Assembly: GCA_036172245.1 (NCBI GenBank)
Contig: JAYWIR010000006.1
Span: 1,178,001 to 1,242,000, forward strand
DNA: 64,000 bases
Source of the DNA: Raillietiella orientalis
Lineage: Eukaryota
Reading direction: 5' to 3'
The number at the start of each line of letters is the position of its first letter. Position 1 is the stretch's first letter. The notes below the pieces were generated by a model. It did not search any database, was not told the DNA's origin, and saw only the letters and a list, made by a program, of their open reading frames with translations. The position numbers and the translations under genes were made by a program. Below are positions 50,898 through 63,665 of this stretch, piece by piece.

Positions 50898-53574
50898 CTT
50901 TCATGCAACATATAAGATGTAAACGGTATTCAACAGCACATCATTTAGTGATCATAATGGTGTGATTCTCTCTCTAGAATATTTGGATTAAGCAAATAAT
51001 TGAGAAGCTTGCAGAGGTAGACCTTGGAACCATTGCAGCGTCTCGGTAACAGTTTGATAATTTGCGTGATTATGGAGAGTTTACAGCTTATTAACTCTTT
51101 CGGTTCTGGAAACTTCCTGTTCCCACTACTCATTCTGTAGGTTGCTTAAGAAAACCATCGTTGTTTTCGGGAATCGGTTGCCCGTATCCAGTAGAGAAAC
51201 CAATTTCGAATCAGTTGGCTGTTTGTGGTGAACATCATGAATGCAAAACATGCTTGGCACCCTCCTAAGACAGTGGGGCTTCTGGATTTTCCGTTTTGTA
51301 GGTCCCGAGGTTTTATAGTGTCATCAGTTTGATTGACGCCTTTTTTTATCTCCTTGATTGTGCATTTTCCCAGTACTGGTTGTACATTCAGTCGATGGCT
51401 CTTGATTTTTCATAGCGATGTCTCAAATTCATATGAACATTTGGGTCACTGATACGATCATCGGCAAAGAAATCAACCGGTGATGAGATTCGATCACCTT
51501 GAGGCTATTTAATTTTTTTCGTTATCACCAGAAGAACTGTTTCGTAAGCGAAATTTTCACCATTTCTTTTTCTGCATCGCGTTTCATTCTCCGATGTAGC
51601 TGAGACTTCCTGTAAACTGCTCTTGTTGGATGGTGAAAGCATGTAGAGCAGGAGGGGTGAGTGAAATCCCCATCGATGGAAATGAGGGATTTTTCGCCTT
51701 ATCGATCGTATCGGATGATCAGCAGTGATCTCTCTTTCAGCCGTTTCGGTGTTGTAATGTTTTCTATTTGGAATATGCCTGAAATCGTTGTTATTTCTCG
51801 TGAAGAGGTGCCTATATCAAATTGGTGGAAGAAAGCTTTCACTTTCTCATTCTCTGTTCTCTCTCTAGGACTCCTTCAATGGAGTGTTTTTTTTTTTTTT
51901 TTTTTTTTTTTTTTTCTTGGAGGGAGGGAGGGGGGGGGGATCATTTATCTGTTCATGTTGAGAAGCTACGATTTTCCTGGTTTTCTGTCTTCCCAGGGTG
52001 TGATTTTGTTGTTGTTGTTGTTGTTGATTTTTTTTGTCATTCCAACATTTTCCCCATGAATTGACTGCAGTAAGAAAGCAGATGGAAAGCGGTCATATCG
52101 GGAAAAAGATGTTGGGCGTCGTGGTTCATTGGTTGAGAATGTTCTGCAGCCTTCCTCCTCGTAACTTTGAGCCGGTCCGTTTCGGTCGCACAGAGTCCAC
52201 GCGGAGTCGTGCGGTTTCGTTCCTTGCTATGAGGTTCCAAACATGTGCACTGGAAGTGCGGGAAGCTCCTCCCCTCCCCGCCCCCCTTTCTACTTCCGTG
52301 TGACCCAGACTGCTCCTCCAGACTTGTTTTCCTTTGGTGCTCCATCAGATTCGTACTTTTTTTCCAAAGTTTGGCACGTGGGGTGTGCCTCTCTTCGCCC
52401 GTGGCAGTGGTAGTTGCGAGGACGTCGAGGCACGATCTCGGTCCTGCTTGTGGGGTGTGCACTTTGTGAATGCGAGGGAGGAAGAGAAGGGAGAAAATCT
52501 GCACCGATTAAAGCTGTAAATGAAAGTGCATGTTTGTGACTGTATTGAAACATATGAAGTACACTGCCGTTGCTTAAAGAATGTGTGATTTCGTTTTTAT
52601 ACTCACAAATGGATTCAGAAGTTTTGCAGTACCTAGGATAGTACAATAATGGGAAAAGTCAAAACCTGCTATCAAAAAGTGAGTCTTAATCCGATTGCAA
52701 TATTATTCTTTTTACTGTATTCATAAAATTCATGTGTGCATTACCTTTTTTCGTGTTGTGTCATCTAAAAATGAATGGCGAAGAGTTGTTTGACGCCGTC
52801 ATAATCGAAAACAGCGCCGTTCGAAACTGTACGAAGAAGTATACATGCTTAAAGTTGGGTTCTTGCTATCAGTTATCTGTACAGAACAATAACGAGTAGC
52901 CTCCGTACACCTCCTTAATCAGTGTGCATAACGAGAACAGAAATCTTGCTCGTATGCCACGCATTTGAAATGTGATTGCTCATCGGTGAAATTGCCGATT
53001 GAATTGCCCTCCCTCCCTCCTCCCTCCCCCTCCCCCCCATCCAAAAAAAAGGTGCATTTTTTTTATAAAATAAAAAAATAAAAATAAAAATCCATGCTTG
53101 TAAAACTCCCAGTGTACTTCGGTCCATTCACTGTGAAGCATACTGGAAAGGACGTTTAGAAGACACGTTTGATTCTTGTGTTATTGTGCATTCTTGTGTT
53201 ACTGTGCATTATTGATGCTCCTGTTGTAGATGCTGTCTTGGGTCTGTGATGTTCCAAAACTTTTATACTGTTTGTCCCGAACCCCACTTTTTTTAACCCT
53301 GTTTGTACTGTAAGCAATTTGTCAAAGTCGCAATGCCCTATTAAAGCTCGCTTTCGATTTTTGATCGATTTTTTTTTTTTTTTTTTTTCCCTCCCCACCC
53401 CACTGTTTTATCTGTGGTTTCTCTCTTTCTGCCGTTCTTTCTAGGTAAACAGAACAATTTTTCGTGTAATTGCATTTTCCGAGCTATTATTTCAAGAAAA
53501 CACTGTTGTCGATGATGAACAAAAACCTGGGGTTAGCTGCTACCTGAGAGAGTGTAATTAAGAATGAATTTCAG

Positions 53575-53834
53575 GAGTTCTGGAAGTGGCGCTGAGTCCA
53601 GATGAACTTATGGGAATTTGTCCTTTATGTCAGAAGATAATGAACAAGAACAACATACCTCGTCACATCAAAAACATCCACAAGAGCGGAACGGAGCGCT
53701 ATGAATGTTCCTATTGCCACCGTAGCTACAAGAACGAAGCTTCTTTGTACACTCATCGTTACCATTGTAATGTACGATTCCATCTGTCTGAATCCAGTGC
53801 CGACACAAAACTGAAAGACGACTCGAAATCCTAA
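53575..53834 (+). CDS. BTB gene alternative terminal exon B: C2H2 + C2HC zinc-finger pair
   Basis: Acceptor tttcag|ga, phase 1. Encodes CPLCQKIMNKNNIPRHIKNIH...YECSYCHRSYKNEASLYTHRYHC, stop at 53834. AATAAA at 54373. Confidence 0.85.
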
Positions 53835-54052
53835 TTCCATCACTCTGACGAAAGAAAAAGGAAGAAGACAAAAGAGCGATCACTAAATAGTACTTATTTC
53901 ACAAAGCTTTTTCTTCCTCTTCTTAGATTTTGGTTTGACTTTAGATTGTTAATAGGCAAGTTAATTCTGTAACTGAGATTAAATCTTACAGGAATGGCCA
54001 AGTGAGATTTTTTTTAAATACGTATTACAAAGTGATCTCGAAATGATCATTG

Positions 54053-54089
<37 letters not shown>

Positions 54090-55461
54090 GAAAGAAAGAA
54101 AGAAAGAAAGATTCCCTTTTCACTGTGCAGACAGTCTTGATTTTCCATGGTGCGTACACAGTTGTTCAAAGTTACTAATTGGATTGTGTACAGGACTCTT
54201 TGTAGAATCAATCATCTTTAAGGAAAGTTTATTTGCGTGTATAAAATTGCTTGCTTAGAAGAAAAGCAAAGCTCTATTTTTTGTAAGTGCCGCTATAATG
54301 GGAGGATTTAACAAATGACATAAGTGAGATCTATGTTTATATTTTACTAAAAAAAAAAAATGCCTTGAAGACAATAAAGATTACCTAACATGACTTTGCT
54401 TTTTTTCTCTGGGGTACAGATTCTGGAACATTCTCTCAGTATTTGCATCGGACTGTACTCGTACGCCATAGAACATGCAGCACGTGGTGTTTTTCTGATC
54501 ACGATTCTCATTTACATATTCGGATCGAAGTGCGGATTCATTCATCTTAGCATCGATTTCTCCGAAATTCTGGCAGTACTTTTCCATTTTCATGCCTGTT
54601 GTCCAAAAGATTGCTCCCAAGCATCGGCTGCTGCGAGCCCCTTCCTCTCTTCCCATCGAATCCACGAGAACCAGTGGTACGATCGAGTGGTCGCGTGGCC
54701 ACCGCTTCGTTTCCCCATTTTGAAAAGTGTACACATTCCTCAGTTGGTAACTCCTTGCAGTCTGCGTAAGCGCACGCTCAAGAGAGTCTGTTCTTCTTGC
54801 ATCACATACGGCATGGAAGTTCCATGGGTTTAGACTTTTGGTGCCAACTACTCATACTGTGGTGGATGTCTTGTGTTTCGTATGTTTTTTTTCTTTCTTT
54901 TTTTTTTTTTTTTTTTTCAAAAAAAAGGAAAAGAAAGAAAAAATCTTTTTTCTTTTCACGTTGGTTGTTTGGCAAGTTGAGACTTTCGGTTGCTTTTGCC
55001 GGTCATGGAAACAGCATCCGTTGCCCCCCTCCTCCTTCCAAACGTGCCTACCTACACCAAGTGAAATCTTCTGATTGCCTACCAGTCGTTTCTGGGAAGT
55101 TTGTTTAGTCCCCACCGTTATCGTTTGTGTCATTTGGATATTCGCTCCCACGTACTTATCACTTACCACGCAAGAGCCAGCGGAGGCGGAAGTGGTTTCA
55201 GCGGTAATGCTTCCCACTACTGAAACCGTTAACTTACAGTTCGCTCCCCCCCCCCGTGCTTGCCGGCGTTGCATTTGTGAGAGGACAGTGGTCCAGATCG
55301 TTTCAGAATAAGGTGTAGGATGATAAAAAGCAGAAATGTCAATTTCACGAGAACCTTGACTCCTTAAAGCAAAGCGTGAAGCTATCATGATGGACCGCAG
55401 GAAATGTACATCGAACGAAAGGCAGTTGTGTGAATTTCATGTCCTTGCATTCAGTTACCAG

Positions 55462-55463
<2 letters not shown>

Positions 55464-55499
<36 letters not shown>
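55464..55499. repeat. (CT)n microsatellite
   Basis: Perfect CT run followed by poly-C. Confidence 0.9.
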
Positions 55500-55501
<2 letters not shown>

Positions 55502-55779
55502 CCCCCCCATTTTTCTCCAAGTTGTCGAACACCTTCTCATTTGCATGTCACGATTGTTTCATCAGCATGTACATAGGTTTGCAAACTTTTTTTTTTTTTA
55601 TGTAAATGTTATGTTTTGGTAACTTAAGAATCACGTTAGAGTTATTTCATAAACCTGTTTTCGAGGAAATCGCAACATGGACACACATTAATTGGATCAG
55701 TTCTCGGGATTAATGATCTTAAGTCGATACTCCAAGCAGATATTTTCCGAGTCGCAGGGTCACCAGCTCTGTTTTCCAG

Positions 55780-56009
55780 ATACTTTGGAGTGGGGCCGTT
55801 TTGCGCAGTGTCCCGTGTGTTACAAGAGGATAACCAAGCATCACATGAACAGGCATATCAAGAACATTCATCGAGAAGACACGTCCCGAATTCCGTGCAT
55901 ATATTGCCAGCGAACTTTCCGCAATGATGCCTCTCTCAAGACACACTACTACAACTGTGCCAAGAAACAGTCCCAGTTGGCCAACAGTTGCTACAACGAT
56001 TCGCAGTAG
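55780..56009 (+). CDS. BTB gene alternative terminal exon C: C2H2 + C2HC zinc-finger pair
   Basis: Acceptor gttttccag|at, phase 1. Encodes CPVCYKRITKHHMNRHIKNIH...IPCIYCQRTFRNDASLKTHYYNC, stop at 56009. AATAAA at 56385. Confidence 0.85.
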
Positions 56010-56664
56010 CTGCTGGCGGAGATTGTGAGATCACCGTGAGCTGTCATTTTATTTTCACCTATTTCTAGGAATTTAATTTTGAGCATCGGAGAAGAGTATT
56101 GTGTGCTTTCTTGGAATCATAGCTCAAAAGATTGGATTTTTGTAATCACGTTATAGAAATCCCCTGCACTCTATTGCGAGGGACGGATAGTCTCTTTACA
56201 ATGTGAATGGTTGTTGTTTTCTATGCCGCCAACGTTCTCGCTAAAGGCGTAATTCTATATATATATATATATATTTGAAAGAAAAAAAAAAAAAAAAGAT
56301 AACGATAATACTATTTGACGCACTTCACAGTATGCTGAAGAAAAAAAAAAAAAAAAAAAAAAAAACAGATAAACAGGTGCAGCGAATAAAAGAAAAATGC
56401 TATAAACATGGACCTATCAAAGTTTGCTGCATGTTGATTTCTTTAAATAGACGTAGACTGAATATTGCAAAAAAAAAAAAGAAAGAAAGAAAAAGAAAAA
56501 AAAAAACGCAATAGTAGTATTAAGCGATTCATACTGTATTCACATAATTTGAGTTTATCCATAAAGAATTATAATTATTTTCGTCTCTGGGTTTCATTGT
56601 ACGTAACGCAGGACCTACGTCTGCCCTATCCTCGTTTATTCAGAATGCACACGACTATGCAGCC

Positions 56665-56698
56665 CTTCTTCTTCTTCTTCTTCTTCTTCTTCTTCTTC

Positions 56699-56730
<32 letters not shown>
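56665..56730. repeat. Compound (CTT)n-(CT)n microsatellite
   Basis: CTT run at 56665-56699, then a CT run to 56730. Confidence 0.9.
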
Positions 56731-57772
56731 CCCACTTCCCCTTCTTGTGCCTCCCCAGAAAAAAAAAATGAAGTTTTTGTTATTTTCACAATCTCTATTT
56801 TGCAGTGTTCTGATACTTGCTAATAAATGCAATATGTGACCAGTTTCATTTTTTTTTATCTATTTTATTTTGTGTATGTGTACATTCAATGCATTTTGAC
56901 AATGTATCCATACATGCATCAGTATTTCTGGCGAATTTATGGTTTTTTCTTCTTCTTTTCCGAACTTTTTTTTTTTTTTTTCTCCGGAGTAGAGTAGCCA
57001 CTATTAGCAAGCATGCCCGGATTGCATGCAGTAGTTGCTTATTGACATCGGGAATTCATGACCAGTCTTGAGGATAAGTTCTCCCGTGTTTTCCCTGGAG
57101 AATAGGTTTTTGGGGAATTCCTTTCGGGGAACCGTGTTCCTGGTCGCCGTGGTGTTCTCCCTCGCTGGTGTAGGAACGGTCTCGTACGGTTTTGACGGGC
57201 TCTCGACAAGTGGTCAGGTCCTCCGTGTGCCGCTGAGCAAGGAGGAGCTGAACGTAAAGCGAAGCGCGCACCGGGAATCGTTCTGTCAACACGTCGCCGG
57301 AAGCACATATAGGATGATGATGGCACAGCATTACCCACCTGGGAAGATCCCATCCTCAGTCCGTGGAAGAGTCCGCGGAACGTACCGAACTCCGGAGTCT
57401 TCGTGCACGGATGGCTCCTTCCTTCCCTCCCTGAGCCGCCCGCCTACGATGTTGGCGCGGTTTCGTGCAGCGGCAGCGAAGCTGACTCCGTGTTGAGGTG
57501 TTCCATCCGTTTTGTTTATTTTGTTTGCAGCTTCCGGAACAGTTTGAATCTTCGCCCGTGTGACCTTGGCGCGCGTCTTGACCTTTGAGTGCTTTCTGGT
57601 TGGTTTCCTTGGGTCGCGGCGGTTCCATCTCTCCATGTTCTCTCGGAAACGAAGTGTCGTATCCATTGGATTGTTTCTCACGTGTGGGCAATGGGATGTG
57701 TGCACTGCTGTGTCGGTTCGGGAGTTTCGAGCAACTGTTCCCTGATCACCACCGTCCGTCATGAAAGTATTC

Positions 57773-57774
<2 letters not shown>

Positions 57775-57804
<30 letters not shown>
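57775..57804. repeat. (TG)n microsatellite
   Basis: Perfect TG run. Confidence 0.9.
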
Positions 57805-57810
<6 letters not shown>

Positions 57811-58186
57811 TCGATTTTCGCTTATACGTGACAAAAAAAAATGAAGGTTCCATCCCTGTTGAAATGCATCCACGGAATGCATCCACCGTTTCAGCAGAGT
57901 AAGGAAACGTGGATAGGTTCATTGGAAAAAGAGTGAATATTAATTAGGATCTTCGGGTTTTTTGCCTTTGGTGCCCACGATGGAAAATTTTTTTTTTCCC
58001 TATCCCTCTTTCACGAGAACTGCTGAAGAAGCATTCCCGTTACCTCAACGGGATGCCTCCTTTCAAATCGATGTCCCCAATGATGTCAGTGCTTAAAGCT
58101 GAAAAAAATCCACCGCATCTCCTGCAATTTTCCGGGTGTAGTCGGTCGTCATACGGGGCTGCTGGCTGATGCAGGGTTGTTGTTAG

Positions 58187-58223
<37 letters not shown>

Positions 58224-58686
58224 CTTTCTAAGATGGTCGTAGGTAGCATTGAAGAACGGATTCTGTTTCTCGACGACCATTCACGCTCCCATCAGCAGAC
58301 CTACAGTCGGAAGTTGCATCTTTTGAGGTTCACAGCCAGTCCACGCCGTGTTGTTGTGAAGGAAGAAAAAAAAACAAAAAGCATTGATAGGTTCATTTCG
58401 TTCGTTGAAAGCAATAACTTGTAATGAGCATACATAGCATTTGTCAATGTGGGCTGCAGGAGTAAGCCATGTCGTGTGTGTCGCAAGATTTCATAAAGTA
58501 TCATAACATTCTGTTTCATACAGTGTGCACTTGAGACAAGAAGCATACTTTCGTTTTTTTTTTTTTTTTTTTTCCTTTTTTTGAAAAAAATGAAAATACA
58601 AAATCGAGTTTTTACGATACAAGCATGCGTAGAGCAATGCGAAAAATATTCGTTTCATAGTGGAAATAATTGAGAATGAATTTCAG

Positions 58687-58961
58687 GAGTTCTGGAAGGG
58701 GTCCTAGAAGGAGCAATGAGCCCAAATGAAATTATGGAGGCATGTCCTCTTTGTCGGAAGACCATGAAAAGGAATAACATAGCTCGGCATATCAAAAACA
58801 TCCACAAGAGTGGAACAGAGCGTCATGAATGTCTCTATTGCCATCGGACTTACAAAAACGAAGCTTCCTTGTACTCTCACCGTTACTATTGCACGGTCCT
58901 TCGCTTTCAAATGTCAGAAACCGATAGTGACACGAGATCTCAACAGAATTCTAAGCCATAG
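58687..58961 (+). CDS. BTB gene alternative terminal exon D: C2H2 + C2HC zinc-finger pair, paralog of exon B
   Basis: Acceptor tttcag|ga, phase 1. Encodes CPLCRKTMKRNNIARHIKNIH...HECLYCHRTYKNEASLYSHRYYC, stop at 58961. AATAAA at 59395. Confidence 0.85.
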
Positions 58962-61900
58962 GTTAATTGAAGTGCTTTTGAGAAAAAAATAATAATAATA
59001 ATGATAATGATAATAATAATAATCATGAGTAACTTCACCAGGATCCTCTCCTCGTTTTTCATTTTTTTTTTTTTTATTTTCCCTTTTATGTAGCTCAAGA
59101 TGGTCCCCGCGTGTGAACGAACTAACATGATTTGCAAGTTGCATCTCTGGATCGCATATAAAGTGACTTCTGTACTCATAGAAAGTACGAGATCGTGATA
59201 TGTGTGTTCAGAAAGATATGACTGCTGCATGGTTCAGATGCAGGAGATCAGTGGAAAAAAAAAAAAAAGTATTCAAGCACTGCGGGGCTTTGTGAAAGCA
59301 CATTGCAGTACAGTAACTGCCATACTCGCATCTTCATGACTCTTCTCAAACGCAGTGTGGATGCTGCCAATGTTTTCAGTCCTTTCTTACGCAAAATAAA
59401 TTTTTAGCCAAACACGCAGCGTGAAAATGAGCATTCTGCATAGCAGAGCTGCGTGATCATTTGCTTTTCACTGTGCTTTGGGTTCACCTACGTTTCACGT
59501 AGGTGAACGTAGGTGGGAAGGGGAAAGGGGCAGCACACTTTTGGGCAACACACTCTCGTGCAGCGCAGACGTCTCGTTGGGATTCCTCCCCTCGGTGTTC
59601 ACACCCACTCGCCAGCCATGCCGAATGTTCGCAATATATTCCTGTACATTTATCTCTCTATCTATCTATCTATCTATCTATCCCCCCCCCTCCCACTCGA
59701 AAACACACAGACGTCTCTTCATCCCGAAGTGGCTGTTCAAATGAAATGAAGAGACGGAAGAAATTCTAATAGTAGCTGCTGCTGAAAAAGCCTTGAGCAA
59801 TAGGTGTGTGTGTATGTGTGTGTGTGTTTTTCTTTCTTTGTTTCCGAACGCAACCACACAATGGCTTGGAGAACCAAATATGCAAATGAGCAAAGTTTTG
59901 AATCCCCGTTCGATTTCGTGGAATGCATTGCTGCAGACTCTTTGCTGTCGCGTACTTTTCGGGTTCGTGGGATTTTGGGAAAGCCCATTTTGAAGACATT
60001 ATGAGTTCCAATTTTTTTTTTTTTTTTTTTCCTTCTTTTTTTTCCCTATCTTATGCGAGCCTCAGCTGCTAATAAAGTCAGTGCGAATCGCGCTGAAGGC
60101 AACTCTGTCAGGTTGCAACGATCGAACATCACCATGTGCCGTCGTTTGCATGTCGCCATCGGCATCCGTGACTGTTTTCGGTGTTATTCTACCAATAAAA
60201 TGTGCGCGTATCACTTCTTTTTTTCTTTTTTTAATATTTGGGGGTGGGGGTGGGGGGCGTCTTTGTTTCCGTGCTTTCCTCTGAACATTTCAGCGTGACG
60301 CAGTTCAAATTATGACCATCTCCACCGTATGTTTCGTGAATCTTCATCTTCGTCATCCTGGCTTACAGATGTTCGTGTTTATCTGTTCACTCGAACTTTG
60401 ACGACTTTTCCCCTTCTTCTTTTTCCCTCTTGGAAATGGAGCATCGCTCTTCCACTTAGGCGCCTCCATACCACGCGGAACGGAAAGCGTTCCATGCGTT
60501 CGAGAGACACCGAACTGTTGAAGAAGAGTGTTGCGTTGAAAGCGTATTATGCTTGGTTGGTGTCCCCATTTTCGTGCGGCAAAAACCACGCTGGGTTCGA
60601 AGTCTTTTTGTGCATTCGGAAACCGGAAAACGCAGCCTTGGAACGCTCCGTGTTCCCGCCGATCAAGGGGGAAAGAAGGTCTGTTTCGAGAAAGGGGGGA
60701 AGGGGAAAAGAGGGCAGGTTGAGTCCCGTCGACACTCTTCCCATCGGATTCATCAACTCGCGTGCAAGCCTTTTGTCTTCGCGGGGTGCGAGGACGTGTG
60801 GTTGGTCACACGCGTTGCGTGAGACCCCGTGGTCTGGGATTCTGGCCGGCCCCCCCGCAAGGCCCAGAGCCAAAAGGCGTTGGTCCTATGCTTTCGCCTG
60901 CGCCCCCGAGTTTCGAGCGCGTTGTTCCGTGAGCGGGGAAGATTCGTCGGTCCCGCAGGGCGTCCGAGGTGGACGGACACGCGCAGGGTGCTGGAAATGG
61001 GACCGACGATGACCAGAAGGGTTAGCCTTCGGTTTGTCGCCGCTCCCATGTGGGAACCGGAATTGGGGTTTACGGTTTCGAAAAATGGGATGGGATGGAG
61101 GAAGAGCCGCACTTCGTACGGTGCTCAGTTTACGTGTGCGTACCTCCATCCATCTGTTTGCGGAGAACGGGGAGGCACTTCGATCCATCCACGCGATGGA
61201 CTGCCACAAGCACCTCCGTTGCTCCTCCTTCAGGGTGTTCACGGGAAAGAGATCCCGCCCCCGCGCACTCCTCCTTCCCCGATTTCGTCGAGGATCCTCT
61301 CGTTTCACGAGGATTCACCAAAAGGCGGCGGCAGCCGTCAAAGCCGTTTCAAGTGGTTTGGAGTTTGGGCTTTGTTCAACGTGGTAACACTCTGTGCGCT
61401 TTCGACACCGTTTGCACACATATCCATATCTATATATCTATATGATCGTGGATTCCATAATTACGTATGTGCACCACTTCGCAGCATCCGTTTCAAGCAC
61501 AAAGGCAACGCAGGAATTCTGCATTCCTCTGACTGAAAGGGCGTCTTGTTTTCGTGTTTCCCGTCTCAGGAAAATCATCGGTCGCAAACCATAACGATGC
61601 TGCAGCGATTCTTTCCTTTATTATACTTTTCTGACCGTGACAGCGTCCATGACTTGTTCGACGTAAAGGAGCAAAGGGGGCAAATGCAAACGCCCTGCAG
61701 GCATTTCATCATGCCGAACCTCCCTGTCGAAAGAATCCCTCTTGTAAGTGGACTGTCAATGGCTCACTAGTACTAGGACGCAGTATCATTGACGCAGTCG
61801 GAATTCTCGTGAAATGTGTTTCTCCTTCCTTCCTTCCTTCCTTTTTTTTTTTTTTTTTTTTTAAAAAAAAATAGTAAACAAAGGGTGCACTTTCTGTCCT

Positions 61901-62158
61901 TTTTCATTTGTGCTGGACGGAAACAGCGACACTGCAAACTGTGCGTTGTGATGCTTCGGCTAAGCAAACCAAATTCGTAGATCACTGTCCTTCTCTTAAG
62001 ATCCGACGCTCCGCCCAGTTGCATGCGCCCTTCGTCTCTTTTTCCCTTTTTTTTTTTTTTTTTTGGGGGGGGGGGGGGGATCCCTTTTAAACATTTTTCC
62101 TTTCTTCTCGCACCAACTTCGCCACGTTTTACCGTCACCCTTGGCCTCTTGTCCACCA

Positions 62159-62199
62159 CGACTCCAATCATAGAACGAAACGTTCTATGATTGGAGTCG
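62159..62199. repeat. Perfect 19-bp inverted repeat with a 3-nt loop
   Basis: cgactccaatcatagaacg-aaa-cgttctatgattggagtcg; the arms are exact reverse complements. Confidence 0.92.
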
Positions 62200-63634
62200 G
62201 TTCTCCACCAGTCTCTGGCTCCAGATTCTCGAACGCTGCGGACTTTCACGTAACAGCCGGCCGCAACTTTGCCTTCTCCGTCCCTGCGCTGCAAATCCTT
62301 ACCCCTTTCTCGCATTCTTCATCCTCTCTTCCTTCGCGATGCTGACGTTTCGTGGGTGCAATGTGCGACCGTTCCTCTTCTGATTCGTGTGTGTACGAGC
62401 ACGCCCTTTTCGTTGTACACGACAAATAACTTTCAACTATTGAGAAATTTAAGAGTAGTTCTTTTAGTGTTCGAGATGAAAAGCTCAAGAACACTTGAGT
62501 GGAGCTTGTGGACACCACCGTTCGTGGTATATGTACTCCATTACTCGCCATGCCATCACTACCAAGTAGTCTGCTGTGTCTTCCTGAGCATTTTCGGTGT
62601 TTCCGCTGTACACGGTTTCGAGCACACTCGCAAAAAAAAAAAAAAAGTACCGAAACGCATCCTCAAAAGTCGCCAGCGGGCTATGAAACGGTTGCGCCTT
62701 CCACTCGGATAACTCTTACGTGACCGCAAGATGATGATGATGATGACGACGACGACGTGCCTGTGCGTCAGAGCTATGAAACCCAAACAGACTTTTGAGC
62801 ATTTCGGATCCGCCAAGGAAGCTCGTGAATTCCACCCCGCTCGGATTGCTTCGATCTTTTGCGAACTTCCCGCAGCGAAAACACAGTTCCCACGCCAAAG
62901 ACAGTTCGTGTTTCGAGCGTGTGCATTTGACCCGTGCTGACCGAGTCCCTGGCGGCGAGCTTTGACGCGTAACCTCTGCCAGGAATCGGCAGGTGCGTGG
63001 AAACCACCGCCATGTCACCACTTCCGATTTATGAACTGTCTCCTCATCCGGTAGCATATCATCCATAGGGATTTTTTTTCCCAGCAGCATCGGGAATTTT
63101 TTTTTTTCCTTCCTCTCTCTCTCACTGGTAAAACCGGAAGCAGAAAGCTAAAAGCCATTTGCTTGGTTCGCAAGCGCCACCCGGCGTGGTCGGGTGGTGG
63201 TGGTGGTGGTGCTGCTGCTGCTGCTCTTTGCAGCAGGAACGCGGCATCCCCGTGCCGGCGCTCGCTCAAACGTGTCGCTCCAGCCTCGTCACAAAAACTC
63301 CCCAGTCTGAGCGTGGGCTACCACCTGAACACCGAGTAACATGTAGGAGTATAGCTCAAAGGAAAATATACGGGAAAAAACACATCGTAACAAAAATAAA
63401 CTCGTTCGTAGGCGGCTGAATTGAGAGATGGATTCAAGGTCATGGAATTGATGAATAGCTAATGAAACGGAAAATGCGTTTATTTAATTTCGGTTCACAT
63501 TATGAGTGTAGGACTATAGGAACTTTGGATTATCTTGGCCTTATTTTTATGCTGCCAATACATGAAGGTAGATTTTTTTTTTTTTTCCATAGGATTGGAC
63601 ACATGATTTGCAGGAACTCTATACAAAAGTATAC

Positions 63635-63665
<31 letters not shown>

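Noticed and set aside
62349..62429. FVGAMCDRSSSDSCVYEHALFVVH with finger-like spacing
   Set aside because: First Cys absent, an in-frame stop lies immediately upstream, and no AG acceptor follows the pyrimidine tract.
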